Positions 48,906 to 60,480 are shown, numbered from the stretch's first letter. The stretch is 64,000 bases of DNA from Clostridia bacterium (GCA_017518295.1 JAFWVJ010000012.1:174361-238360); one strand, 5' to 3'. Made by a program: numbers and translations. Notes: generated by a model not told the origin, from the letters alone.

Positions 48906-49060
48906 AAAAGGATTATTACTACATTACTACGAAAACGGCTTGTGCTCAGCAACTTGTACTATTTGCACCTCATATTTCAATATCAAGAATATTTCGGTGC
49001 CAATTATACAAGTTGCAATCGTGCAGATTGTTTTCTTTAGTAATGTAGTAATAATCTTTT
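48906..49060. repeat. About 155-nt imperfect palindrome (long hairpin element) between the phosphoesterase gene and the tig promoter
   Basis: Outer arms AAAAGGATTATTACTACATTACTACGAAAAC / GTTTTCTTTAGTAATGTAGTAATAATCTTTT; inner arms GCAACTTGTACTATTTGCACC / GGTGCCAATTATACAAGTTGC. Confidence 0.8.
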
Positions 49061-49159
49061 GCTAGTATACATAATATCTTATAAGTTGAAAATTAAATAA
49101 ACTGTGATATAATAAGATGCCGAAAGAAAGAGACTTATATAAAGGAAAGGAAAATTACA

Positions 49160-50443
49160 ATGGATGTAAAATTAGAAAAATTAGAAAATAGTGAAGTTAA
49201 ATTAGAAATCACTGTTGAAAGCAAAAGATTTGATGAAGCTATGGAAAAAGCATATAAAAAGAATGCTAAATATTTTAAAGTACCTGGATTTAGAGATGGT
49301 AAAGCTCCAATGCAATTTGCAATTAAGCATTATGGCGAAGGAGTGCTTTATGAAGAAGCATTTAATATACTAGTTCCAGAAGTTTTATTGGAAGTATATA
49401 AAGAGAAAGAATTAGATGTTGTTGCTCAACCATCTATTGATTTAGTTCAAATTGGTATGGGTAAAGACTTTATATTTACAGCTAATGTTACTGTAAAACC
49501 TGAATTCAAATTAGGTAAATATAAAGGTTTAAAACTTGAGAAAAAAGAATATCCTGTAACAGATGATCAAATTAATGAAGAATTAAAGAGAAAGCAAAGC
49601 CAAAATTCAAGAATGGTTGAAGCAAAACCAGGATCAGAGTTGAAAGTAGGAGATACTGGAATAATCGATTTTGAAGGATTTGTTGATGGTGTTCCATTCG
49701 AAGGTGGAAAAGCTGAAGGACACAGCTTAGAAATTGGCAGTGGTCAATTTATTCCTGGATTTGAAGATCAATTAGTTGGAATGAAATCTGAAGAAGAAAG
49801 AGATATTAATGTTAAATTCCCAGATGAATATTTCTCAAAAGATTTAGCTGGTAAAGATGCTGTATTTAAAGTTAAACTTCATGAAATAAAAGTAAAAGAA
49901 CTTCCAGAATTGGATGATGAATTTGCAAAAGATGTTTCTGAATTTGATACTTTAGATGAATTAAAAGCTGATATTAAAGAGCATTTAGAAGATCAAAATG
50001 CTCAAAAAGCAAAAGATGAATTAAACCAAGCTGCAATTGATGCTGTTGTTGAAAATACTGAACTTAATATTCCAAAGGCAATGCTTGACCAAGAAGTTGA
50101 AGCATATGTTGAAGATATGGAACATAACCTATCTAGACAAGGACTAAGCTTAGAACAATATCTTGGATTTATGGGTAAAGATATTAATCAATTTAAAGAT
50201 GAATATAGAGTTAATGCTGAAAAGAATATTAAGACAAGATTAATTCTTGAAGAAATATCTAAGACAGAAGAACTTGAAGTAAAAGATGAAGATGTTGATG
50301 AAAGAATTAAAGAACTTGCAAAACAATATGGTAGAGATGCTGATGAATTCTTAAAAAATGCAGGTGAACAAACAAGAAACTATGTTAGAGAAGAATTAAA
50401 GTATGATGTAGCAGTTAAATTCATTATTGCAAATGCAAAATAA
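49160..50443 (+). CDS. tig: Trigger factor
   Basis: N-terminal ribosome-binding GFRDGKAP, FKBP-type PPIase GFVDGVPFEGG...GQFIPGFEDQLVG. Confidence 0.93.
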   Translation: MDVKLEKLENSEVKLEITVESKRFDEAMEKAYKKNAKYFKVPGFRDGKAPMQFAIKHYGEGVLYEEAFNILVPEVLLEVYKEKELDVVAQPSIDLVQIGMGKDFIFTANVTVKPEFKLGKYKGLKLEKKEYPVTDDQINEELKRKQSQNSRMVEAKPGSELKVGDTGIIDFEGFVDGVPFEGGKAEGHSLEIGSGQFIPGFEDQLVGMKSEEERDINVKFPDEYFSKDLAGKDAVFKVKLHEIKVKELPELDDEFAKDVSEFDTLDELKADIKEHLEDQNAQKAKDELNQAAIDAVVENTELNIPKAMLDQEVEAYVEDMEHNLSRQGLSLEQYLGFMGKDINQFKDEYRVNAEKNIKTRLILEEISKTEELEVKDEDVDERIKELAKQYGRDADEFLKNAGEQTRNYVREELKYDVAVKFIIANAK

Positions 50444-50503
50444 TTGTGTGATGTCGCCGTGGCGATTGATAATTGCCAATACGAAAATGAGGAGGATATA
50501 CAA

Positions 50504-51112
50504 ATGAAAGAAGATAACGAAGTAATAAAAAATGATTTAGTACCTTATGTTGTTGAACAAACATCTAGAGGTGAAAGAAGTTATGATATTTTCTCTAGAC
50601 TATTAAAAGATAGAATTATCTTTATTGGTGATGAGATTACAGATGCAACTGCAAGCGTAGTTGTTGCTGAACTATTATTTTTAGAATCTGAAGATCCAGA
50701 TAAAGATATTCATATATATATTAATAGCCCTGGTGGAAGTGTTACTGCTGGTATGGCAATATTTGATACTATGAATTATATTAAACCTGATGTTTCTACA
50801 ATTTGTGTTGGTATGGCTGCATCTATGGGGGCATTTTTACTAGCTGCTGGAGCTAAAGGTAAGAGATATGCTCTTCCAAATTCAGAAATAATGATTCACC
50901 AACCATTAGGTGGTGCCAAAGGACAAGCTTCTGATATTAAGATTCAAGCAGATTTAATTTTAAAAACAAGAGATAGATTAAATAGAATTTTAAGCGAAAG
51001 AACTGGAAAACCATTAGAACAAATTGAAAAAGACACAGATAGAGATAACTTCATGACTGCTGATGAAGCAAAAGAATATGGACTAGTTGATGAAGTAATG
51101 ACACGTAAATAA
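50504..51112 (+). CDS. clpP: ATP-dependent Clp protease proteolytic subunit
   Basis: [47 protein letters not shown]; ATG 50504 follows GAGGAGG. Confidence 0.95.
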   Translation: MKEDNEVIKNDLVPYVVEQTSRGERSYDIFSRLLKDRIIFIGDEITDATASVVVAELLFLESEDPDKDIHIYINSPGGSVTAGMAIFDTMNYIKPDVSTICVGMAASMGAFLLAAGAKGKRYALPNSEIMIHQPLGGAKGQASDIKIQADLILKTRDRLNRILSERTGKPLEQIEKDTDRDNFMTADEAKEYGLVDEVMTRK

Positions 51113-51128
51113 GATTTTTAAAGTGAGA

Positions 51129-51162
51129 TATCAAAACGATGTCTCACTTTTTTATGTTAATC
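51129..51162 (+). terminator. Rho-independent terminator (AAAGTGAGA-loop-TCTCACTTT + T-run)
   Basis: Read directly. Confidence 0.7.
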
Positions 51163-51315
51163 TATAGCATCAATATTTTATGTTTTAATATATCGATACT
51201 ATATATAAACTTTAATATTATTAGTGTTTTGATATTAAATATAATATGATATAATTATAAAGACGTTAAATTGGTAGATAATTTTACGATTTAATATTTA
51301 AAAAGGAGAAAATTA

Positions 51316-52650
51316 ATGGCAAATTTTGATGAGAAAAAACCTATTAGATGTTCTTTTTGTGGAAAATCACAAGAAACTGTTAAAAGAATTATTGCAGGAC
51401 CAGGTGTATATATTTGTAATGAATGTATAGAGCTTTGTTCTTCAATCATAGAAGATGATTTTGAAGATGACCAAGGTGAAATTTCTCAAGGACTTTTAGA
51501 GAAGGTACCTAGTCCTAAAGAAATTAAAGAATTTTTGGATCAATATGTAATTGGTCAAGAAGAAGCTAAAAAGTCACTTTCAGTTGCAGTATATAATCAT
51601 TATAAAAGAATTAATAATGATTTAATTATCGAAAGTGAAGAAGATGATGTTGAAATCCAAAAGAGTAATATTTTATTACTTGGTCCAACAGGATGTGGTA
51701 AGACTTATTTAGCGCAAACTCTTGCAAAGTTTTTAAATGTTCCTTTTGCAATCTCTGATGCAACTGCTTTAACAGAAGCTGGTTATGTTGGCGAAGATGT
51801 TGAAAACATTCTTCTAAAATTAATTCAAGCAGCTGATTATGATATTGAAAGAGCCCAAAGAGGAATTATTTATATAGATGAAATAGATAAGATTTCTCGT
51901 AAATCTGAAAATGTTTCTATTACAAGAGATGTTAGCGGTGAAGGCGTACAACAAGCATTACTTAAAATAATTGAAGGTACTGTTGCATCTGTACCTCCAC
52001 AAGGTGGCAGAAAACATCCACATCAAGAATTTATTCAAATAAATACAAGTAATATTTTATTTATTTGTGGTGGTGCTTTTGAAGGCTTAGATAAAATTAT
52101 TAGTGAAAGAACTGGTAAAAAGGTAATTGGTTTTGGTAGTGAAGTTATAACCGAAAAAGAAAAGCAATCTTCAAATCTTTTAAAAGATATTCTTCCACAA
52201 GATTTGGTTAAATTTGGATTAATTCCAGAATTTATTGGAAGATTGCCTGTTATTACAACATTAGAACCATTATCTAAAGAAGCATATATTGATATTATGA
52301 CAAAACCAAAGAATGCTTTAATTAAACAATATAAAAAATTATTTGAAATGGACAATGTTGAACTTACATTTGATGAAGATGCTATTGAAGCAATTGTTGA
52401 TAAGGCTATCGAAAGAAAAACTGGTGCTAGAGGGTTAAGAGCAATTATTGAAGAAACAATGAGAGATATCATGTTTGAAATTCCAACAAATAATGAAATT
52501 TCTGAATGTTTGATTACAGCTGATACAGTAATTAATAATGCTCCTCCTAAATTAGTATTTAATGAAGTGAAGAAAACACAAAATGCACAAGCAAAGAAAA
52601 ATGCTAAGAAAAATACTTCTCACAAGGTTAAAGAAGAATCGGCTTCTTAA
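51316..52650 (+). CDS. clpX: ATP-dependent Clp protease ATP-binding subunit ClpX
   Basis: Zinc finger CSFCGK...[35 protein letters not shown]. Confidence 0.95.
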   Translation: MANFDEKKPIRCSFCGKSQETVKRIIAGPGVYICNECIELCSSIIEDDFEDDQGEISQGLLEKVPSPKEIKEFLDQYVIGQEEAKKSLSVAVYNHYKRINNDLIIESEEDDVEIQKSNILLLGPTGCGKTYLAQTLAKFLNVPFAISDATALTEAGYVGEDVENILLKLIQAADYDIERAQRGIIYIDEIDKISRKSENVSITRDVSGEGVQQALLKIIEGTVASVPPQGGRKHPHQEFIQINTSNILFICGGAFEGLDKIISERTGKKVIGFGSEVITEKEKQSSNLLKDILPQDLVKFGLIPEFIGRLPVITTLEPLSKEAYIDIMTKPKNALIKQYKKLFEMDNVELTFDEDAIEAIVDKAIERKTGARGLRAIIEETMRDIMFEIPTNNEISECLITADTVINNAPPKLVFNEVKKTQNAQAKKNAKKNTSHKVKEESAS

Positions 52651-52670
52651 CTTTAAGAAAGGTTATACAA

Positions 52671-53513
52671 ATGAAAGATAAAGTCGTTGATTTTGAAACT
52701 GAATATTTTTTGAAAAAACAAAAAGAAGCTCATGCTGCATTTGACAAGAATGATTTTAATAGTACTTTAAATATTATAGCTGAGCCTATTAAAAAGATTG
52801 AAGAGTTAAATGAAGCAGAAATTTATTGCCCACAAAATGTTTTCGACGCAGCAGTATTTCTAAATTATTTAGGAAAACCTGTTAAGCAAACCAGCTTTTC
52901 AAAGATTAATTATTATGATTTTTATATGATGGAAGGTTCTTCGCTTTTTAATTTAGATTATAAAAAAGAGGCAAGAGAACATTTTAGAAAAGCAATTAAA
53001 TTTAATCCTTGTGGAATATCTGCTAGGATTCTTGATCTTTTGATTAGCATAGAAATCAACGATTATGAAAATTTTATAGAGAATGTTCAAGATGCTTTGT
53101 TCTTTGTATATGATAGAGAGAATATGAGCTTGATTTATAAATTAACAGGTGATTATTTATTACATATTGGCGATCATGAATTAGGTATAGTTGCGTATCA
53201 CTTAAGCTTATTGTATAAGCTTGATGATACAGTATCTAATTTAATTAAAACAGTTGGAACAGAATTAAATATTGATCTTGATTCACAAGATTGGTTATCT
53301 GAAACTTATCTTAAAAAATTTCATAATACTTATAAAATTCCAATTATGCCAAACGAAAAATTAATAACTCTTGCTAAAGCAATGGGAAAAGAAGCTCAAA
53401 TAAAAAAATCATATAAAGTATCTTTATTTACTTATAAGATAGCATATGAACTTACTTATGATGAAAATATATTGAAAACTATTGAATATATTGAAAATTT
53501 GATTAAGCAATAA
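52671..53513 (+). CDS. Hypothetical helical (TPR-like) protein, 280 aa
   Basis: Long ORF with native composition; helical-repeat-like segments (KKEAREHFRKAIKFNP); no family recognised. Confidence 0.45.
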   Translation: MKDKVVDFETEYFLKKQKEAHAAFDKNDFNSTLNIIAEPIKKIEELNEAEIYCPQNVFDAAVFLNYLGKPVKQTSFSKINYYDFYMMEGSSLFNLDYKKEAREHFRKAIKFNPCGISARILDLLISIEINDYENFIENVQDALFFVYDRENMSLIYKLTGDYLLHIGDHELGIVAYHLSLLYKLDDTVSNLIKTVGTELNIDLDSQDWLSETYLKKFHNTYKIPIMPNEKLITLAKAMGKEAQIKKSYKVSLFTYKIAYELTYDENILKTIEYIENLIKQ

Positions 53514-53527
53514 GGAAGTGTATTTAT

Positions 53528-54577
53528 TTGGCATATATTGATTCTCGTTCAGAGGAGTTAAGAGAAATTCATAGTGTATATAGTCATGACATTTCTGATT
53601 TTATTTGCAACATGGCAGACTTACCTGATTTGCAAAGAATAAGTAATATTAGTAAGTGCGGTGGAGTTGAATTATCTAATTTTAATTTATTTCAATATAG
53701 GTATTCTAGACTCGATCATTCATTCGGCGTTGCTATTATATTAGAAAATTTTAAACAAGGCGAAAAGCATATTTTAGAAGGCTTAATGCATGAAATGGCA
53801 GAACCTAGTTTTGCATGGAGTGTAGATTACTTAATTGATTATTTTAAACTAAAAGATTATAGAAAGACTACTTTGTTTGATAAAATTGTCGGCTCGACAA
53901 CTTCGTATAGAGATGTTATAAATGGCAATTATTCAATTGAAGAAATATCTTATTATAAGGATTATGATTTAGGGTTTGCTGATTTTCCTAAATTATCTGC
54001 TGAAAACTTAGAGATTGTTTTATCTAATAGTTATTTTTCAAAACTTTATGATTTAAGAGATATTGAAGCTTTTTATAATAATTTAACTATTTGCAAAAAT
54101 GAAGATAATAAAGAAGAGTTTTGTTTTACAGATATTAATTTAGCATATGACTTTTTTAGACTAAGTATTGAAATTGGAAAAAGAAATAGAAGCTACGAAG
54201 CTAAAATTACTAGACAATTAATTAGTGATGTTTTGATGCTTATGATAAGAAGAGAAGAGATTAAGTTAGATGATTTATTTAATTTTACAGATAAAGCAAT
54301 AGTAGGAATAGGAAAGTCGTGTTCTGATAAGCGTATTAAAGAAGGTTGGGCAGAAATAGAAGGCTTAGATAAAGTATTTTTAAAATTTAATGATACTAAT
54401 GATAAGACCAAGTATTGCGTTAAAGTTGAAAGCGAATCATTCTATATAGATCCACTTATAAAAACAAAAGCAGGGGTTTATAGATTATCAAATTTGTCTG
54501 AAAGGGTAGAAAAAGAGATAGAAGCTTATCTATCTACTGACACAGATATGTATATGTGTATTGATTATGAGCTATAA
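53528..54577 (+). CDS. HD-superfamily phosphohydrolase-like protein (COG1078/SAMHD-like N-terminal core) with substituted metal-site residues
   Basis: LQRISNIS...YSRLDHSFGVAIILE matches QRLRRIKQ...RFEHSLGV; the expected LLHDIGHGPFSH position reads LMHEMAEPSFAW; TTG start after AAGGAAG. Confidence 0.55.
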   Translation: MAYIDSRSEELREIHSVYSHDISDFICNMADLPDLQRISNISKCGGVELSNFNLFQYRYSRLDHSFGVAIILENFKQGEKHILEGLMHEMAEPSFAWSVDYLIDYFKLKDYRKTTLFDKIVGSTTSYRDVINGNYSIEEISYYKDYDLGFADFPKLSAENLEIVLSNSYFSKLYDLRDIEAFYNNLTICKNEDNKEEFCFTDINLAYDFFRLSIEIGKRNRSYEAKITRQLISDVLMLMIRREEIKLDDLFNFTDKAIVGIGKSCSDKRIKEGWAEIEGLDKVFLKFNDTNDKTKYCVKVESESFYIDPLIKTKAGVYRLSNLSERVEKEIEAYLSTDTDMYMCIDYEL

Positions 54578-54626
54578 ATGCTTATTTCAAGCCTTTTTAT
54601 TTGTAACATAAAAGATATATATTTTT

Positions 54627-54653
54627 TTAGCACTTGTTGTTGACAAGTGCTAA
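54627..54653 (+). promoter_or_regulatory. CIRCE operator 1 (TTAGCACTT-N9-AAGTGCTAA)
   Basis: Matches the HrcA operator consensus TTAGCACTC-N9-GAGTGCTAA with a perfect 9-bp inverted repeat. Confidence 0.9.
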
Positions 54654-54668
54654 TTTTATGTTTAAAAT
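54640..54668 (+). promoter_or_regulatory. hrcA operon promoter TTGACA-17 nt-TAAAAT, embedded in and adjacent to CIRCE 1
   Basis: TTGACA 54640-54645, TAAAAT 54663-54668. Confidence 0.6.
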
Positions 54669-54679
54669 GATTTATGAAG

Positions 54680-54706
54680 TTAGCAGTATGCATAAGCAAG
54701 TGCTAA
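54680..54706 (+). promoter_or_regulatory. CIRCE operator 2 (TTAGCAGTA-N9-AAGTGCTAA)
   Basis: Second, less perfect CIRCE copy in the 5' leader. Confidence 0.8.
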
Positions 54707-54745
54707 TTATGTAACTCTTTAATTTATGAGTAAAGAGGTGATTTT

Positions 54746-55801
54746 TTGAAATTAGATGATAGAAAAAAGAAGATTCTTGAAGTAGTTATTGAAGAATATA
54801 CTGCAACAGCTGAGCCGGTTGGTTCGTTGAAACTTTCTAAAGATTTGGGATTAAGTAGTGCTACAATTCGTAATGAAATGGCTGCACTTGAAAAGCTTGG
54901 ATTCTTAGAACAGCCTCATACATCTGCTGGTCGTATACCGACAACTGAAGGTTATAGATGGTATGTTGATCATATAATTAATGAAAAGACTTTACTTCCA
55001 AAAGAAAAAGCTTCTATTGATAAAATGTTAAGCGATGATGTTTTAAGGTTTGAAAGCTTAATTAAAGAAGCTACTCAAATACTTTCAAGATTAACTAATT
55101 ATGCATCTTATGCTGTTAGTCCAGAAATTGATGATTGTACAGTTGAAGAAATTAAATTAGTTAAACTAGGTAAGAATAAATTAATGATAATTCTTTTGGC
55201 AGATAATGGTTTAGTTAAAGAAACTGTCATTAATAACGAAAATGTTTTGCCTGATGAAAATGTTGAAGCTTTTAATAATTACTTAAACTATAAATTAAAA
55301 GGAATGAATTTTAGAGATATTTATGATAATATTACTCCTTTTATAGAAAATGAGCTTAATAATATAAATGATAATATTGTTCCTTTAATTCTTGAATTAA
55401 ATAATCTATTAACTACAAATTCAGAAGTATATGTTGATGGTGCATCAAATATGCTCGCTTTGCCAGAACTTAAAAAGTCAGAGACGTTAAAGAAGTTTTT
55501 AAATGTTATTGAAACAAAAGATGCATTAAAAGAACTTGTTAAAACCGGCTATGATGGAAACATTAATGTATATATTGGTCAAGAAACATCATTTGATGAT
55601 TTGAAAGATTTTACGATTATTACCTATAAGCAAAAAATAAATGAAAAAGAAGTAGGTACTATTGGAATAATAGGTCCTAAGAGAATGGATTATAAAAAAG
55701 TTATTCCTACTATTAAATATATAGGTGATATGCTACAAGAAAAAATGGAGAAAAAACGAGGAGGTAAAAAGGAAAATGATCGAAAACGAAAACGAGAATG
55801 A
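54746..55801 (+). CDS. hrcA: Heat-inducible transcription repressor HrcA
   Basis: LDDRKKKILEVVIEEYTATAEPVGS, SSATIRNEMAALEKLGFLEQPHTSAGRIPT; TTG start. Confidence 0.9.
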   Translation: MKLDDRKKKILEVVIEEYTATAEPVGSLKLSKDLGLSSATIRNEMAALEKLGFLEQPHTSAGRIPTTEGYRWYVDHIINEKTLLPKEKASIDKMLSDDVLRFESLIKEATQILSRLTNYASYAVSPEIDDCTVEEIKLVKLGKNKLMIILLADNGLVKETVINNENVLPDENVEAFNNYLNYKLKGMNFRDIYDNITPFIENELNNINDNIVPLILELNNLLTTNSEVYVDGASNMLALPELKKSETLKKFLNVIETKDALKELVKTGYDGNINVYIGQETSFDDLKDFTIITYKQKINEKEVGTIGIIGPKRMDYKKVIPTIKYIGDMLQEKMEKKRGGKKENDRKRKRE

Positions 55802-56393
55802 AAATAGCAATCTTGAGGACAACAAAATACCTGATGAAAATGAAAATGCACAAAATGATGAAGTTAAAGAAGAAACTTCAAATGAAGAAAATGTTTTAAG
55901 TGAAGAAGACAAAGAAGATGAAGATGTATCTGATTTGTCTAGAGTTGAATTAGAATCAGAGGTTGATGAATTAAAAAAAGAAAACGATAAGTATTATAAA
56001 CATCTTCAACGTACAGCAGCAGAGTTTGAAAATTATAAAAAGAGAGTACAAAAAGAAAAAGATGCTATATACAATTTAGCTGTTGGTGATACAGTAGTTA
56101 AATTTGTAAATGTTCTAGATAATATCGATAGAGCATTAGCAGTCGAAACTGCAGATGATAAAATGAAAGAAGGTATTTCATTAATTAGAAAACAAATGCT
56201 TGATATAATGACTGAATTAGGTTGCAGTGAAATTCCTACTGTTGGAGAAACATTTAATCCAGAAATTCATGATGCGGTAATGCATATTGAATCTGAAGAA
56301 TATGGTGAACAACAAATTGTAGAAGAACTTCGTAAGGGATACAAATGTGGCGATAGAGTTATTCGTCATGCTATGGTTAAAGTTGCAAATTAA
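55776..56393 (+). CDS. grpE: Nucleotide exchange factor GrpE
   Basis: LQRTAAEFENYKKR, VLDNIDRAL, FNPEIHDAV; ATG 55776 follows GGAGGT and overlaps the hrcA 3' end by 26 nt. Confidence 0.9.
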   Translation: MIENENENENSNLEDNKIPDENENAQNDEVKEETSNEENVLSEEDKEDEDVSDLSRVELESEVDELKKENDKYYKHLQRTAAEFENYKKRVQKEKDAIYNLAVGDTVVKFVNVLDNIDRALAVETADDKMKEGISLIRKQMLDIMTELGCSEIPTVGETFNPEIHDAVMHIESEEYGEQQIVEELRKGYKCGDRVIRHAMVKVAN

Positions 56394-56399
56394 TGTAGC

Positions 56400-56434
56400 G
56401 GCGACTAACAGTCGCCATGGACACCAATGGTGTC
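56400..56434 (+). terminator. Two adjacent short GC hairpins (GGCGAC-TAACA-GTCGCC; GACACC-AAT-GGTGTC) after grpE
   Basis: Read directly; no strong T-run, so possibly an attenuating or processing structure rather than a full terminator. Confidence 0.45.
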
Positions 56435-56452
56435 TAATATTTAAATTTATAA

Positions 56453-58315
<1,863 letters not shown>

Positions 58316-58331
58316 AAATACGCTTAAATAT

Positions 58332-58456
58332 AAGAATAATATATATTTAGCAAAGCGCTAAGATATTGATGGAGCTTTTAGGAATTTTGAAAGCATGGCT
58401 TTCAAAATTCTCACCCTAGGCTCCGGCGACGTGCTTTGCGTATATATATTATTCTT
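58332..58456. repeat. About 125-nt imperfect palindrome (extended hairpin) between dnaK and dnaJ
   Basis: Nested stems: 15 bp (58332-58346/58442-58456), 9 bp (58350-58358/58431-58439), 5 bp GGAGC/GCTCC, 13 bp perfect GAATTTTGAAAGC/GCTTTCAAAATTC around 58395-58397. Confidence 0.8.
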
Positions 58457-58508
58457 TATCTAATAAGCATTATTTGTTATTCAATACGAAAAATGGAAAG
58501 GGATTAAA

Positions 58509-59669
58509 ATGGCTGAGACAAAGAGAGACTACTACGAAGTATTGGGTGTTGATAAATCAGTTAATGATGATGAATTAAAAAAAGCTTATAGAAAACTTGC
58601 TAAAAAGTATCATCCAGATGCTAACCCAGATAATAAAGCTGAAGCTGAAAAGAAGTTTAAAGAAGTTAATGAAGCATATGAAGTATTGTCTGACCCACAA
58701 AAACGTAAGATGTACGACCAATTTGGCCATTCTGGTCCAAATGGCTACGAAAGTGGATTTAATGGATTTAGCGGATTTGATGGATTTAGCAGCGGTTTTG
58801 GCGGTTTTGGTGGTCAAGGATTTGATGTTGACTTTGGAGATATCTTCTCTAGTATTTTTGGTGGAGGCCGTACTTCTCAAAGAAGAAGTAATGGACCTCA
58901 AAGAGGTAATGATTTAAAAGTATCTGTTAGCATTACTTTTAAAGAAGCAGCATTTGGTGTAAGAAAACAAATTAAAGTAACTAGAAAAGAACAATGTTCT
59001 ACATGTAATGGTACAGGTGCAAGACCTGGTACTTCTGCAGAAACATGTAAAGCATGTAATGGTACAGGACAAATCAAAACAGTTAGAAATACAATTTTAG
59101 GTTCAATGCAATCTATTAGACCATGTGACAATTGTGCAGGTACAGGTAAAGTTATTTCAAATCCATGTTCAACATGTAGGGGAACTGGTTTTGAAAAGAA
59201 AACTCGTACTGTTACTATAAATATTCCACAAGGAATAGATAATGGTAATGTAATTAAAGTTGCTGGAGAAGGAGAACCAGGTACTAGAGGTGGACAACCT
59301 GGTGATTTATATATTTCTGTAAGTGTTGCACAAGATCCTGTATTTTCACGTAAAGGTGATAATTTATATGAAAATGTACATATTTCTTTTGCAAAGGCAA
59401 CTTTAGGTGGCAAAGTTTCGGTACCTACTTTAGAAGGTTTTGAAGATTATGATTTGCCATCTGGAACTCAAAGTGGAACAGTATTTACTTTAAGAAATAA
59501 AGGAATTAAAAACTTAAATGGTAAAACTGCTGGTAATTTGAACTTTACCGTTATAGTAGATATTCCTAAGAGACTCAATGATGAACAAAGAAGACTCATC
59601 GAAAGACTTGCAGAAATTTCTGGTGAACCAGTAAATACAGGTAAGAAAAAGGGATTCTTTGAATTTTAA
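58509..59669 (+). CDS. dnaJ: Molecular chaperone DnaJ
   Basis: J domain with HPD (KKYHPDAN), G/F region, four CxxCxGxG zinc motifs. Confidence 0.95.
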   Translation: MAETKRDYYEVLGVDKSVNDDELKKAYRKLAKKYHPDANPDNKAEAEKKFKEVNEAYEVLSDPQKRKMYDQFGHSGPNGYESGFNGFSGFDGFSSGFGGFGGQGFDVDFGDIFSSIFGGGRTSQRRSNGPQRGNDLKVSVSITFKEAAFGVRKQIKVTRKEQCSTCNGTGARPGTSAETCKACNGTGQIKTVRNTILGSMQSIRPCDNCAGTGKVISNPCSTCRGTGFEKKTRTVTINIPQGIDNGNVIKVAGEGEPGTRGGQPGDLYISVSVAQDPVFSRKGDNLYENVHISFAKATLGGKVSVPTLEGFEDYDLPSGTQSGTVFTLRNKGIKNLNGKTAGNLNFTVIVDIPKRLNDEQRRLIERLAEISGEPVNTGKKKGFFEF

Positions 59670-59689
59670 TTATTTTTTTGGGAGGAATA

Positions 59690-60439
59690 ATGGCAACATT
59701 TTATATAAAAAAATCTCAAATTGATAATAATAAAATTATAATATCTGATGATGACTTGCACCACATTAAAGATGTTTTAAGACTAAAATGCGGTGAAGAA
59801 ATAGAGTTTTATGACGAAGATGAAGTTAGATATACATGCAAATTAGCAGAATACAGAGATAAAACGGCATTGTTTAATATAGAAGATATTCAAAAGGTAT
59901 CAATAGAATTACCGGTTAACATAACACTATATCAAGGTTTACCTAAATCAGATAAAATGGAATTTATAATTCAAAAAGGTACTGAATTAGGCTTAAATAC
60001 AGTAGTTCCAGTAGTTATGGACCGATCAATCACTAAGCTTGATAATAAGAATTTTGAGTCTAAAAAAGTAAGATGGGAAAAGATAGCAAAAGAAGCTGCA
60101 TCTCAAAGCAGAAGACAACATATACCGCAAATTTATCATTATATTAATTTTGAAAATATCATTGAAAATGTTCAAAAATATGATATAGTATTATTACCTT
60201 ATGAGAATGAAAATAATGTCTCTTTAAAGGATGCTATTAAGACATATAAAGACAATGGTAACATAATCAAAAACATTGCTATAATTATTGGTCCAGAGGG
60301 TGGTTTCTCACAAGAAGAGATTAATAAAATAAGTAATATAGAAAATGTGAAAATTGTTACTTTGGGTAAACGTATTTTACGCACAGAAACTGCAGGAATA
60401 TCTGCAATTTCTATGTTAGTATATGAATTTGAATTATAA
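59690..60439 (+). CDS. rsmE: 16S rRNA (uracil1498-N3)-methyltransferase
   Basis: LYQGLPKSDKMEFIIQKGTELG, IIIGPEGGFSQEEI; ATG 59690 follows GGGAGG. Confidence 0.85.
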   Translation: MATFYIKKSQIDNNKIIISDDDLHHIKDVLRLKCGEEIEFYDEDEVRYTCKLAEYRDKTALFNIEDIQKVSIELPVNITLYQGLPKSDKMEFIIQKGTELGLNTVVPVVMDRSITKLDNKNFESKKVRWEKIAKEAASQSRRQHIPQIYHYINFENIIENVQKYDIVLLPYENENNVSLKDAIKTYKDNGNIIKNIAIIIGPEGGFSQEEINKISNIENVKIVTLGKRILRTETAGISAISMLVYEFEL

Positions 60440-60480
60440 ATTCATTTTTAGTAATTGTAAGTTAGGAAGGTAAGATTTAA

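Noticed and set aside
55776-55810. GAAAAC hexamer repeats at the hrcA/grpE overlap, considered as a phase-variable microsatellite.
   Set aside because: There are only about 3-4 imperfect units, and the unit length is a multiple of 3, so copy changes would not shift the frame. It simply encodes ENENEN at the GrpE N-terminus.
58898-59413. 171-aa antisense ORF, plus two further alternative-frame ORFs (58575..58901(-), 58597..58917(+)), within dnaJ.
   Set aside because: They are by-products of the G/F-rich and CxxCxGxG repeat coding regions of dnaJ, which stay open in other frames. No SD or promoter signals are present.
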